Below, piece by piece: positions 49,780 to 62,197 of a stretch of DNA of 64,000 bases. Position numbers and translations under genes: made by a program. The DNA comes from Gammaproteobacteria bacterium (GTDB lineage: Bacteria > Pseudomonadota > Gammaproteobacteria > GCA-002705445 > GCA-002716945), in assembly GCA_018667355.1 (NCBI GenBank), contig JABIVC010000003.1, positions 9,525 through 73,524 of the forward strand, written 5' to 3'. A model generated the notes under the pieces. It saw only the letters and a program-made list of their open reading frames with translations, ran no database searches and was not told the DNA's origin. The first letter of the stretch is position 1; each line of letters starts with the position of its first letter.

Positions 49780-51638
49780 TAGACATTTTTATTCTTTTTC
49801 ATATCAGCAGCAGTCGATGATTTTTTAGCAGAATTATTATTCTTGTTAAAGTAAGGCTTCTTTTTATTAAAAGATTTATATTTATTATTGCTATATTTTG
49901 AATAATTGTTCTTATTATTATATTTCCTTCTTCCGTTAAACTGTCTGCCTCTGTATACTTTTTTAGGTTTCAAACCGATTAATGATTTGAAAAAATCTAT
50001 AACTTTTTTAAATATACTTTTCTTTTTATGATTAAAAGGTTTTTTTTGTTTTATAGATGGTTTTGGTGGGACACTTTTAGGTGTTACTGCTTTAACTAAT
50101 GCTTCTTCATAATGCGAACTTGTTTCATTTAAAGTTTTTTTATCTTTATTATTATGCTTTGCAATAGATGCCTTAAAAGCTTCTGTTTCCATATTTTTTT
50201 TATCTATTAGATAATTTGCCCCTTCAATAGTATTATCAGGCATAATTTTAACATCAATCTTTTGTCTTTTTTCAATACCCTCAACTATTTCTTTTTTTTC
50301 ATTGAGTAAATATGTAGCTAACCTTACCGGAAGGTATACAGTCATCGGCTTGTCTGTCTTCATTGCCTCTTCCTCTAGTAATCTTGCTAGATTTATAGAT
50401 AATGTTGACAAAGATTTAATCTCACCACTGCCACCACAAGTAGGGCAACTCTCAGTATTATTATCAATAATAGAAGACTTGAGCTTTTGCCTAGATATTT
50501 CCATTAAGCCAAACTTAGATATCCTGGTAAACTGCATTTTAGCTTTATCTATTTTTGAGAGATGAGCCATTTTTGACATTACAGATATTTGTGAATTGAG
50601 TGACATCATGTCTATAAAATCTACTACTATCAATCCTCCGATATCTCTCAATCTCAGTTGAACAGCTAATGAGTCCGCAGCTTCCAAGTTTGTATTAAGC
50701 GCAGTTTCTTCTATGTCACCACCTTTAGTTGATTTAGCAGAGTTTACATCTATGCTCGTTAAAGCTTCAGTTGTATCGAAAACTATATTACCACCTGATG
50801 GTAATGTAACTTTTTTTCTATAGACGCTCTGAACTTGTCCTTCAATACCAAAATTACTAAATAGGGGAACAGATTTTGTATAGTGTTCAATCTTAATTTT
50901 TGAATGCGGAATAAAATGATCTTTGCCATTTATAAAATTATTATAATATTTTTCATCATCAATTATAACTTCTTGAACTGTCTCATTGATATAATCTCGA
51001 ATGACTCTAGCCAACATACTACTTTCTTCATATATTAAAAAAGGAGCTTTCTTTAATACTGAGCTTTCTAAGATTTGCTCATATATTTGAATTAGATAAT
51101 TCATATCCCATTCAAGTGTTTCTTTCGTGCTATCTAACCCTGAAGTTCTGAGTATTATACTCATGTTTTCTGGGATATCTAATTCACTGAGTAATTTTTT
51201 TGCAGACATTCTATCATTACCTTCGAGTCTTCGTGAGACCCCTCCAGTGTTTGGATTTTTAGGTAATAGAACTAGATATTTGCCAGCAAGACTTAGGAAT
51301 GTGGTTAATGCTGCTCCTTTGCTCCCTCTCTCTTCCTTATCAACTTGAATAACAATTTCTTTCCCAGGCTCAATACAATCTCTAGCAGATCTTGATTTTC
51401 CAGGAACAAAAATATCCTCAGCTATTTCTTTAAACGGTAAAAAACCATGTCTGGTTCTACCAAAATTTACAAATGCAGCTTCTAGACTAGGTTCTACTCT
51501 AGAAATTGTTCCCTTGTAAATATTGGACTTGATGTTCTTTGATGGTAAGTCTATATCTAGCTCTGTAAGTTTGTTGTCCTCGACAATAGCTAGCCTGACC
51601 TCTTCTCTCTGAGAGGCATTTATTAATATTTGTTTCAT
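49779..51638 (-). CDS. rne: ribonuclease E (compact)
   Basis: EPSLEAAFV, KEERGSKGAALTT, IDVNS, DIGGLIVVDFIDM, CPTC zinc link; amphipathic SIFKKVIDFFKSL. Confidence 0.95.
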   Translation of the reverse strand: MKQILINASQREEVRLAIVEDNKLTELDIDLPSKNIKSNIYKGTISRVEPSLEAAFVNFGRTRHGFLPFKEIAEDIFVPGKSRSARDCIEPGKEIVIQVDKEERGSKGAALTTFLSLAGKYLVLLPKNPNTGGVSRRLEGNDRMSAKKLLSELDIPENMSIILRTSGLDSTKETLEWDMNYLIQIYEQILESSVLKKAPFLIYEESSMLARVIRDYINETVQEVIIDDEKYYNNFINGKDHFIPHSKIKIEHYTKSVPLFSNFGIEGQVQSVYRKKVTLPSGGNIVFDTTEALTSIDVNSAKSTKGGDIEETALNTNLEAADSLAVQLRLRDIGGLIVVDFIDMMSLNSQISVMSKMAHLSKIDKAKMQFTRISKFGLMEISRQKLKSSIIDNNTESCPTCGGSGEIKSLSTLSINLARLLEEEAMKTDKPMTVYLPVRLATYLLNEKKEIVEGIEKRQKIDVKIMPDNTIEGANYLIDKKNMETEAFKASIAKHNNKDKKTLNETSSHYEEALVKAVTPKSVPPKPSIKQKKPFNHKKKSIFKKVIDFFKSLIGLKPKKVYRGRQFNGRRKYNNKNNYSKYSNNKYKSFNKKKPYFNKNNNSAKKSSTAADMKKNKNV

Positions 51639-51771
51639 TTATAATCCTGTAATTCATTTTCTCTTTTTTGTTATGATTTTTAATTAAGTTGGTGCAAGCA
51701 CTAGCTTATTCTGAATATGGTAACTCTTACCCTATAATATTTAGCAAATATTGTTTAATTTACTTATATAT

Positions 51772-51806
51772 ACTGCTGTGTGGTTATGTATTCTAATATC
51801 AGCAGT
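51772..51806 (-). promoter_or_regulatory. hairpin in the long rne 5' region
   Basis: ACTGCTG...CAGCAGT 7-bp inverted repeat in the largest intergenic gap of the window. Confidence 0.4.
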
Positions 51807-51929
51807 CTTTATCTTCAACAGTTAAGCCGTTTTTTGGCTATTTCCTTTAAACAATATAAAAATCTTTGAATTAATATATCAATGATCTACACTATCTTCA
51901 ATTAATATTACATATAATTGCCACTCATA

Positions 51930-52868
51930 ATGTCTGATTCTAATCATATAAAAGTCAGAAAAATAGTAATTCCTGCCGAACAGCAAGGCCAAAGATTAGA
52001 TAATTATCTGAGAAAAATACTTACAGGCGTACCGAATAGCCTGATATATAAGATAATACGTGATGGCCAAGTTAGGGTTAATAGTGGAAGAGTAAGACCT
52101 TTATATAGATTAAAAGCTAAGGATATTCTTAGAATACCTCCGGTTTCAGTTGATTTAACGTCTCAGACTATATCAAATTTCTTAACAAGAGGTCTGAAAA
52201 AGATTATTTTATATGAAAACGATGATTTCATGGTTATCAATAAACCCCCTGGAATAGCTGTTCATTCTGGCTCAAAAATTGAACATGATATAATGTCATC
52301 ACTCAAATCAGTTGATAAGTATAAATCTCTTTCGCTAGTCCACAGATTAGATAAAAATACTAGCGGGTGTTTGATACTTGCGAAAAATTATCAGACTGCC
52401 TCGGCATTAGGAAAAATATTTATGTCTGGTGCAGTTGAGAAAAATTATATTTCTTTATTGTCTGGGACTTTGACAGGAGATCGGATTGCAGTAGAACATT
52501 CTTTGACTAGAAACAAAGGTAACGCATCTAATTCCGTATCCATATCGGAGGATGGAACAGGTAAAGTCGCGTCATCATATATTTCGTTATTGAGGCAATA
52601 CAAGGAATGTTGTCTGGTAAACATTAAAATTGAAACTGGTAGAATGCATCAAATTCGTGTGCATGCATTGAGTATAGGACAACCCGTATGTGGTGATACT
52701 AAATATGGTGATAAAGAAGTTAATAAAAGATTAAGAGAATATGGACTGAAGAGAATGTTTTTACATTCAAAAAATCTCTCATTCTTTTATAAGAGAAGAC
52801 ATATTATTGAAGCCCCTCAGCCAGATGATCTTACGTTAGTTATTGATAATTTAAAAAATGGTCTATAA
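51930..52868 (+). CDS. rluC: 23S rRNA pseudouridine synthase RluC (start probably ATG 51930)
   Basis: GQRLDNYL S4 domain; VHRLDKNTSG; TGRMHQIRVH; divergent from rne. Confidence 0.93.
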   Translation: MSDSNHIKVRKIVIPAEQQGQRLDNYLRKILTGVPNSLIYKIIRDGQVRVNSGRVRPLYRLKAKDILRIPPVSVDLTSQTISNFLTRGLKKIILYENDDFMVINKPPGIAVHSGSKIEHDIMSSLKSVDKYKSLSLVHRLDKNTSGCLILAKNYQTASALGKIFMSGAVEKNYISLLSGTLTGDRIAVEHSLTRNKGNASNSVSISEDGTGKVASSYISLLRQYKECCLVNIKIETGRMHQIRVHALSIGQPVCGDTKYGDKEVNKRLREYGLKRMFLHSKNLSFFYKRRHIIEAPQPDDLTLVIDNLKNGL

Positions 52869-52900
52869 AATTAATTATAGCTTATAGATAGAGTGATAAT

Positions 52901-53800
52901 ATGGAAGATAATAATCTCACAAAAATTTTGGTTGATTCTTTGGTTAAAGAACGAGAGTCTGAGAGGAAATTTAAGTTTATTAGAAGAGTGATAGTTTTTG
53001 TACTATTCATTTTGATACTTATATCAATCTTAATGGCTTCTTCAGATATAAATTATTCAAAAGAACATGTGGCACTAATAAATATAAATGGTGAAATATC
53101 AGCAACTGGCCCCGTGAATGTTGAAAGTGTTATTCCTTACATCAAAAAAGCTATCAATAATGACTACTGTCTAGGAGTAGTTTTAAAAATTAATAGTCCT
53201 GGCGGTAGCGCTACACAGTCGAAAATCATATTTGATGAAATAAATAAACTCAAGAAAATCAATGACAAAAAAGTTTATGCAGTCATAGAAGATGTAGGAG
53301 CATCGGGTGGTTACTATATTGCTGCTAGTGGAGAAATGATATTTGCAAATGCATCTAGTATAGTAGGATCTATAGGAGTGCGATTGGATAGCTTTAACTT
53401 ATCATCATTAATGAAGAAGTTAGGTATTGAGGCTCAAGTTATATCTTCTGGCGAAGATAAAACAATGTTGGATCCATTCAATAAACTATCTGAAAAGCAT
53501 AAACTTCACTTGGAATCACTCCTTTCAAGTATTCACAATCAATTTATAAGTGATATTAAAAAATCAAGAGCAAGTAAGATAAATGAAAACAATGTTTTTA
53601 CTGGTTTATTTTGGACAGGTACAGAAGCTCTAAAGATTGGATTAGTTGATGAAATAGCATCTATATATGATGTAAATGAGAAATACTTTGATACTGCTGA
53701 ACTTATTACCTATAACAAAAAAGATAATTTATTAAATGAATTAATGAATGCAAACTTTAAGATATCTTTAGAAAATTCTATTCATGGGATTAAGTATTGA
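52901..53800 (+). CDS. sppA: S49 family signal peptide peptidase (short SppA type)
   Basis: INSPGGS, ASGGYYIA, VGSIGV, GLVDEI. Confidence 0.9.
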   Translation: MEDNNLTKILVDSLVKERESERKFKFIRRVIVFVLFILILISILMASSDINYSKEHVALININGEISATGPVNVESVIPYIKKAINNDYCLGVVLKINSPGGSATQSKIIFDEINKLKKINDKKVYAVIEDVGASGGYYIAASGEMIFANASSIVGSIGVRLDSFNLSSLMKKLGIEAQVISSGEDKTMLDPFNKLSEKHKLHLESLLSSIHNQFISDIKKSRASKINENNVFTGLFWTGTEALKIGLVDEIASIYDVNEKYFDTAELITYNKKDNLLNELMNANFKISLENSIHGIKY

Positions 53801-54716
53801 AAACATGAGGTATCAGGTATTTATCAAAAATATTGATAGTCACAAAAATACTTACTCTTTTGCTCTAGAATCCATAAATAAAAAATATTTGCCCATATAT
53901 TTTGATATTCCATTTACCATGGATACATATAAAAAAACATTTGGCAAAACAATAATTCTAGGAGGGGCTCCTGGGTATTTTGGAGCCATTGCTATATCAG
54001 GTAGAGCAGCTTTATACTCAGGATCAAGGTATGTTGAAATCATGACAACTAAAGAGCATTCTGAGGTTTTACCAATATATCAGCCAGAATTAATCACATC
54101 TTACAAGCTATCTGATTTTCATAAGAAAATTTTATCTTATAAGAATTTGCTCATAGGACCGGGTATGTCTGATGATAAATGGTCACATGATCTGTTTACG
54201 CTTATGAAGAAATACTTATGTAGTCAACACTCAGAGATAAAATGTATTATAGATGGAGGTTTTTTGTCCATTCTCTCTAAAAAACCTTTTAAATACGATA
54301 ATTGGGTTATGACTCCTCATATCGGAGAGGCAGCTAAGCTATTAAATAAGAAACCTAGAGACATAGAAATTAACCGCATAAAGTCAGCAAAAGAACTGCA
54401 ATCTGTTTATGGAGGGATTATAGTTCTCAAGGGACCAAAAACTATTGTCCAAACAAAATCTAACACTTATGTATGCAATCATGGAAACTCAGGAATGGGT
54501 ACCGCTGGCATGGGTGATTGTTTAGCGGGAACAATTTTATCTTTAATTACATTAGCAAATAAAGATGATATTGATACATCTATATTGTTTTCTATAGGCA
54601 TTCATTCTCTAGCAGCTGATATGATTAATGATAACATCGGCCCCATAGGTCTCTTGGCATCTGATGTTATTATTAAGATTAATAAATTATTAAATACTAT
54701 CAAAGTAAAATTATGA
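53784..54716 (+). CDS. nnrD: ADP-dependent NAD(P)H-hydrate dehydratase (YjeF C-terminal domain only)
   Basis: IGPGM, MTPHIGEA, VLKG, GTAGMGDCLAG; no YjeF_N domain. Confidence 0.88.
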   Translation: MGLSIENMRYQVFIKNIDSHKNTYSFALESINKKYLPIYFDIPFTMDTYKKTFGKTIILGGAPGYFGAIAISGRAALYSGSRYVEIMTTKEHSEVLPIYQPELITSYKLSDFHKKILSYKNLLIGPGMSDDKWSHDLFTLMKKYLCSQHSEIKCIIDGGFLSILSKKPFKYDNWVMTPHIGEAAKLLNKKPRDIEINRIKSAKELQSVYGGIIVLKGPKTIVQTKSNTYVCNHGNSGMGTAGMGDCLAGTILSLITLANKDDIDTSILFSIGIHSLAADMINDNIGPIGLLASDVIIKINKLLNTIKVKL

Positions 54717-55150
54717 AACCTATTCATCTATATAGTTATTATCATATTTCTGACATAGCAGTTTATACCAAATTGTTTGATAAAATAAAATTTATGCGAG
54801 AAGGTGTCGTAATTATTTATCTTCATGGTCCAGTAGGAGCAGGTAAAACTACATTTATAAAATCTTATTTAAGTTATCTTGATGAAGATAGTGATGCCAC
54901 GAGCCCTACATTTTCTCTAGTTAATGAATATACAGCAAAAGGTATCAAGATATTTCATTATGATTTATACAGAATAAATTCTGTTAAAGAACTATATGAA
55001 ATTGGAATGGACTATTATTTCGAGCAAGAAGGACTTCATTTTATTGAATGGCCTGATAAATTTATTAACGAACTCCCACCCTCTAATTTTGATATACATT
55101 TTAACTTATTAGAGTCATCTCGGTTAGTTAAAATATCTGATAAGACATGA
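54713..55150 (+). CDS. tsaE: t6A biosynthesis ATPase
   Basis: GPVGAGKTT, SPTFSLVNEY, HYDLYR, IEWP. Confidence 0.94.
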   Translation: MKPIHLYSYYHISDIAVYTKLFDKIKFMREGVVIIYLHGPVGAGKTTFIKSYLSYLDEDSDATSPTFSLVNEYTAKGIKIFHYDLYRINSVKELYEIGMDYYFEQEGLHFIEWPDKFINELPPSNFDIHFNLLESSRLVKISDKT

Positions 55151-56085
55151 ATCATGAGAGAAAGACAATAGTTTCTTTGCTTGGTCCAACTGGTATTGGA
55201 AAATCTTCACTAGCCTTAGAATTAGAAAATAAGCACCCTTTTGAAATTGTCAGTGTAGACTCTGTCATGATTTATAGAGATATGAATATTGGAACTGATA
55301 AACCTTCAAATGAAATTCTGTCGTCTACGAAACACCATTTAATAGACATACGTAATCCTAATGAGAGTTATAATGTCGGTCAGTTTTATAATGATATAGG
55401 AGCAATTATAAAAAATGTACATAATAATAATAAGGTACCACTATTGGTTGGTGGCTCGATGATGTACTTTAACTCTCTATTTAACGGCCTTTCTTTGTTG
55501 CCTGGAAAAAATTTAATTGAGAGGGAATTTATCGATTACTTACTTCTTCATTATTCTTGCGAAGATTTACATTCTTGCTTAGAAGAAATAGACCCATTAT
55601 CCTATGAGAATATCAATATCAATGATATGCAACGTATACAAAGAGCACTTGAAGTATATTTATGTACGGGCAAGCCTTTGACATCTTTTTATAATAAGCG
55701 AATCAAATTATCAGATAAATATAATTTATTAACATTTAGATTAATATCTGATGATCGTTCTCTGATACATGATAAAATTTTTTCACGTACTAAAAACATG
55801 TTTGATAATCATTTCATCGATGAAGTAATTTATATCCTTGAGAAATATTCTCTTGTCAAAGAAAATCAATCAATGAGATCAATCGGGTATAAACAAGTGC
55901 TCAGTTATCTTCATGGTGATATTAATAAAAAAGATCTTGAAGATAAATGCATTTTTGCAACACGACAGTTAGCAAAACGTCAAATTACCTGGTTAAAACA
56001 GTTTAATGAGAGTATCCCTATTGAAATAAGGGAAAATTCTTTCAAAAACATCTGCAAGGAAATAGACAATCATTTGCTTTTTTAG
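55147..56085 (+). CDS. miaA: tRNA dimethylallyltransferase
   Basis: GPTGIGKS, SVDS..IYR.MNIGTDKP, RALEV, AKRQITW. Confidence 0.96.
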   Translation: MNHERKTIVSLLGPTGIGKSSLALELENKHPFEIVSVDSVMIYRDMNIGTDKPSNEILSSTKHHLIDIRNPNESYNVGQFYNDIGAIIKNVHNNNKVPLLVGGSMMYFNSLFNGLSLLPGKNLIEREFIDYLLLHYSCEDLHSCLEEIDPLSYENININDMQRIQRALEVYLCTGKPLTSFYNKRIKLSDKYNLLTFRLISDDRSLIHDKIFSRTKNMFDNHFIDEVIYILEKYSLVKENQSMRSIGYKQVLSYLHGDINKKDLEDKCIFATRQLAKRQITWLKQFNESIPIEIRENSFKNICKEIDNHLLF

Positions 56086-56146
56086 TAAATAGTGTCACTA
56101 TAAAGTGTAGAGAAAATAGATTTCATTTATTCTAGGATATATTTTT

Positions 56147-56365
56147 ATGCAGGAACATTTACAAGATAAATTTCTGAATAAGATAAGGAAAGAAAGAATT
56201 GGCGTATCAATATTTCTGGTTAATGGTATAAAACTTGAAGGGAATATTGAATCATTTGATTCTTATATTATTTTATTGAAAAATAAAAGTACTCAGTGTG
56301 TATATAAGCATGCTATATCTACAATAGTCCCATCACATCCTGTTAAATTAGAAATTGATGACTAG
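56147..56365 (+). CDS. hfq: RNA chaperone Hfq (core domain only)
   Basis: [23 protein letters not shown]. Confidence 0.96.
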   Translation: MQEHLQDKFLNKIRKERIGVSIFLVNGIKLEGNIESFDSYIILLKNKSTQCVYKHAISTIVPSHPVKLEIDD

Positions 56366-56402
56366 GTTACTTTATATTAAAATAATGACAAGGAGATGTT
56401 AA

Positions 56403-57524
56403 ATGGCATGGAATGAACCAAATGGTAGCAAAGATCCCTGGGGTAGGAAATCAAATCCTAATTCAGAGTTTGATAGTGCCCTCAAAGATTTAAATAAATA
56501 CTTTAAAACTCTTCTAGGCGGAAGTTCTGACGGTCCTAGTCCTAGTAAAAAAAATACTTCTATATTAGCTATAATTATATTGGTACTATATTTGCTGAGT
56601 GGAATATATATAGTTAATGACGGCGAGCGAGGCGTTGTTCTTCAATTCGGTGAATTCAATAATATTACTATGCCTGGGCCACACTGGGTTCCAAGGATAA
56701 TTCAAAAAGCAGAAATAGTTGATGTATCTAAAATCAGGTCAATACAACAAAAAGCTGTGATGTTAACAGAAGATGAAAACATTGTGAGTGTTAATTTTGC
56801 AATTCAATATGATATAAAAGATGCTAGCGACTATATTTTTAATCTCAGAGATCCCGATGAAACTTTAAGTGCTGCAGGAGAAAGCTCAATTAGAGAGATT
56901 TTAGGTAAAAATAAAATGGATTTCATAATTACAGAAGGGAGAGAGATAATTGCTTCTGACACCAAAATTTTACTACAAAGTGTGCTGGATACTTATGAAG
57001 CTGGCATTAATGTTCAAACCGTTAACATCCTAGAAGCGCAACCACCTGAGCAAGTTCAAGATGCATTTTCAGATGCTATCAGGGCGCGTGAAGATGAACA
57101 AAGATATATAAACGAGGCTGAAGCGTATAGAAATGAGATTATTCCGTTAGCTCGAGGTAAGGCAGTGCAAATTATCGAGGAAGCTAAGGCCTATAAAGTG
57201 AAGCTTATCAAATCAGCAGAAGGTGAAGCATTGAGATTTACCAAATTATACAAGGAATATCAAAAAGCTCCGGAAGTAACACGAGAAAGGTTGTATCTTG
57301 AATCAGTAGAATCAGTACTTGGTAACTCGACTAAGATTATGATTGATGTTGATGGCGGAAATAACTTACTATATTTGCCACTAGACAAAATATTAGAGCC
57401 CAGAATGATGGGTGGTTCAAATAATACAGATGCAAATGTAGTCAACAACAATTCCTTATCAAATAAGATTCAGAGATCCAGGGATAATTTTAATTCAAGA
57501 AAGAGAGATTTATATAGTGAATAA
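56403..57524 (+). CDS. hflK: FtsH modulator HflK
   Basis: MAWNEP..DPWG, MLTEDENIV, APEVTRERLYLE. Confidence 0.96.
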   Translation: MAWNEPNGSKDPWGRKSNPNSEFDSALKDLNKYFKTLLGGSSDGPSPSKKNTSILAIIILVLYLLSGIYIVNDGERGVVLQFGEFNNITMPGPHWVPRIIQKAEIVDVSKIRSIQQKAVMLTEDENIVSVNFAIQYDIKDASDYIFNLRDPDETLSAAGESSIREILGKNKMDFIITEGREIIASDTKILLQSVLDTYEAGINVQTVNILEAQPPEQVQDAFSDAIRAREDEQRYINEAEAYRNEIIPLARGKAVQIIEEAKAYKVKLIKSAEGEALRFTKLYKEYQKAPEVTRERLYLESVESVLGNSTKIMIDVDGGNNLLYLPLDKILEPRMMGGSNNTDANVVNNNSLSNKIQRSRDNFNSRKRDLYSE

Positions 57525-58383
57525 TAGAAATATATTGTCAGTAATTTTAGTGTTAATAATTGTAGTTTCTTCTTCTACTTTTATCGTAGATGAAAGAGAG
57601 GTAGCTATTAAATTTAGACTAGGTGAAATTGTCAAATCCTATCAAGATCCTGGATTATATTTCATGATTCCTTTCGTGAATAATGTCAAGAAGTATGATT
57701 CGAGATTACTAACAATGGATTCAAAGCCAGAACAATTTCTTACCAGTGAGAAAAAAAATGTAATTGTAGATTCTTTTGTTAAGTGGAAAATTACCGGGCC
57801 AGAGAACTTTTATAGATCATCCAAAGGTGATGAAAGAATAGGAATAAATAGATTATCTCAAATTATTAATGACCTTACAAAAAGTGAATTCAGTAAACGT
57901 ACCATAAATGAAGTAGTATCTGGTGATAGAGCTGCACTTATGCGTGTCGTTACTACAGAAGCTAATAAAGCATCTTTAGCCCTTGGAATTACAGTTGTAG
58001 ATGTGAGAGTGAAAAAAGTTGATTTACCGGATGAGGTCAGTAACTCTGTTTATGCCCGCATGGTAAAGGAAAGAGCGACTGTAGCTAAGACCTTCAGGTC
58101 CGAAGGTAAAGAAGAAGCTCAAGGTATTACTGCATTAGCAGAACGTGAATCAGAAACAATAATTGCAGAAGCATATAAAACTTCTCAGGAAATTAAAGGT
58201 GAAGGTGATGCGATATCAACAGAAACTTTTGCAAAGGCATATAACTTAAACCCTGAATTTTATTCTTTCTATAGAAGTCTTGCTGCATACAAGCAGACAT
58301 TCAATGCTAAACAAGATGTTTTAGTAATACAGCCCGATTCCGATTTCTTTAAATATTTTAATAATTCTTCAGGTAAGAAATAA
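57517..58383 (+). CDS. hflC: FtsH modulator HflC
   Basis: PGLYFMIPF, FLTSEKKNVIVD, PEFYSFYRSL. Confidence 0.96.
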   Translation: MNNRNILSVILVLIIVVSSSTFIVDEREVAIKFRLGEIVKSYQDPGLYFMIPFVNNVKKYDSRLLTMDSKPEQFLTSEKKNVIVDSFVKWKITGPENFYRSSKGDERIGINRLSQIINDLTKSEFSKRTINEVVSGDRAALMRVVTTEANKASLALGITVVDVRVKKVDLPDEVSNSVYARMVKERATVAKTFRSEGKEEAQGITALAERESETIIAEAYKTSQEIKGEGDAISTETFAKAYNLNPEFYSFYRSLAAYKQTFNAKQDVLVIQPDSDFFKYFNNSSGKK

Positions 58384-58574
58384 TAGATTTTTTATTCTTA
58401 TTGATACTTGCATTATCTTTATCGATAATTCTAGAAGGAATGTTATTATTTGTCTCTCCTGAAAATTTTAGGAAATTACTTCTTTATTTTAATACTTTTA
58501 GCAATAACTCTTTGAGAATATTTGGTCTTGTCTGTATGATATTGGGGTTGACTATATTTTTATTATTAATCTAG
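58383..58574 (+). CDS. yjeT: DUF2065 / YjeT small membrane protein (absent from the ORF track; start ATA 58383 or TTG 58401)
   Basis: Manual translation IDFLFLLILALSLSIILEGMLLFVSPENFRKLLLYFNTFSNNSLRIFGLVCMILGLTIFLLLI*; EG...P..R and LR.FG motifs; position after hflC. Confidence 0.8.
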   Translation: MDFLFLLILALSLSIILEGMLLFVSPENFRKLLLYFNTFSNNSLRIFGLVCMILGLTIFLLLI

Positions 58575-58582
58575 AAGGTATT

Positions 58583-60839
<2,257 letters not shown>

Positions 60840-61595
60840 ATGACTGATCAAGATAGTTTAAATTTAATATATGGCATACATACATGTAATGCTCAGTTAA
60901 AATTGAATCCTGGAAATATAAAAAAAATTTACCTTAAGAAAGCACCAGTCAATAACCAAATTTCAAAGATAGCAAAACAAGCTGAAAACTTTAATATATT
61001 GATTGAGGAAGCTGAAAAAGATTTCTTGACAACTCTATGTCTTTCATCAAAACATCAAGGTGTGGTTTGTGAGTTAAACAATAAACTATTATCAAGTTTT
61101 GATATTGACTTATACCTTCAAACTGAGAAAAAACCTTTTATTGTTATATTTGATTCAATACAAGACCCTAGAAACCTTGGCTCATGCATTAGGTCATCAA
61201 ATGCAGCCGGTGTTTCCTTGATTATCAAGAGGAAGTCTAACTCATGTGAGATATCGCCATTAGTTCATAAGACAGCTTCAGGTGGCTTACAAGGTCTGTC
61301 ATTACTTGAGACCAATAATCTAGCAATGATTATTAAAAAGCTTAAAACTAATAATATTAGGGTTATAGGGACGGCTGATAGCTCTGAGTCAACAATATAT
61401 GAAATGGAACCATGTGATACGGGTGTGGCTGTAATACTTGGGTCTGAAGGAGTAGGAATTAGTAAATCATTGTTAGAGCTATGCGATGATATATGTAAAA
61501 TACCAATTTATGGTTCTGTAGAGTGCCTAAATGTTGCTGTTGCTACTGGAATTACCCTGTATCAAATAAGAAAAATGATTAAAAAAACTAAATGA
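60840..61595 (+). CDS. rlmB: 23S rRNA Gm2251 methyltransferase
   Basis: IYGIH, HQGV, QDPRNLGSCIRS, GSEGVG, LNVAVATG. Confidence 0.92.
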   Translation: MTDQDSLNLIYGIHTCNAQLKLNPGNIKKIYLKKAPVNNQISKIAKQAENFNILIEEAEKDFLTTLCLSSKHQGVVCELNNKLLSSFDIDLYLQTEKKPFIVIFDSIQDPRNLGSCIRSSNAAGVSLIIKRKSNSCEISPLVHKTASGGLQGLSLLETNNLAMIIKKLKTNNIRVIGTADSSESTIYEMEPCDTGVAVILGSEGVGISKSLLELCDDICKIPIYGSVECLNVAVATGITLYQIRKMIKKTK

Positions 61596-61647
61596 ATATT
61601 TGAAATATTATAGATACTAAAGTAGTATTCGCATATCGGATGAAACT

Positions 61648-61977
61648 ATGAAAAATTACGAATTATTATTGATGTTTAACATAAATCAGGACGAGTCAAC
61701 TTTAAAAACAGTTGACAAGTATAAAGATATTATTACTTCCAAGGGTGGTACTATTGATCGATACGAAGATTGGGGAACAATGAAGTTGGCATACAACATA
61801 AATAAAGTTAACAAAGCACGATATATCTTGTTGAATTTCCAAACAAATAATGAAGTTCTAGATGAATTAGCTGGCTTGATTAAATATAATGATAGCATCA
61901 TAAGACATATGTTTATTGCGCAAGATAAGAAGATTACAGAACCATCTATTATGATGGCAAATAGAGAAAGAGCCTAA
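61648..61977 (+). CDS. rpsF: 30S ribosomal protein S6
   Basis: MKNYEL, EDWG..KLAYNI, IIRHM. Confidence 0.95.
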   Translation: MKNYELLLMFNINQDESTLKTVDKYKDIITSKGGTIDRYEDWGTMKLAYNINKVNKARYILLNFQTNNEVLDELAGLIKYNDSIIRHMFIAQDKKITEPSIMMANRERA

Positions 61978-61981
61978 GACT

Positions 61982-62197
61982 ATGAGTGAAGAATATACTA
62001 AGAAAAAGTCTAACTTAATAGCTGACATCGACTATAAAAACATAGGTTTCTTGAAAAAATATATAACAGAGTCCGGCAAAATATCACCTCGAAGGGTAGC
62101 TGGAACTACAGGAAAAGAACAAAGAAGAGTAAATAAAGCAATTAAGATTGCGAGACATTTGGCATTATTACCTTTCTGCGATAATCACAAACAATAA
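61982..62197 (+). CDS. rpsR: 30S ribosomal protein S18
   Basis: [27 protein letters not shown]. Confidence 0.96.
   Translation: MSEEYTKKKSNLIADIDYKNIGFLKKYITESGKISPRRVAGTTGKEQRRVNKAIKIARHLALLPFCDNHKQ

Noticed and set aside
56089-56101. Palindrome ATAGTG-T-CACTAT upstream of hfq
   Set aside because: Only 6-bp arms, overlapping a plausible -10; no recognisable regulator motif and could be chance.
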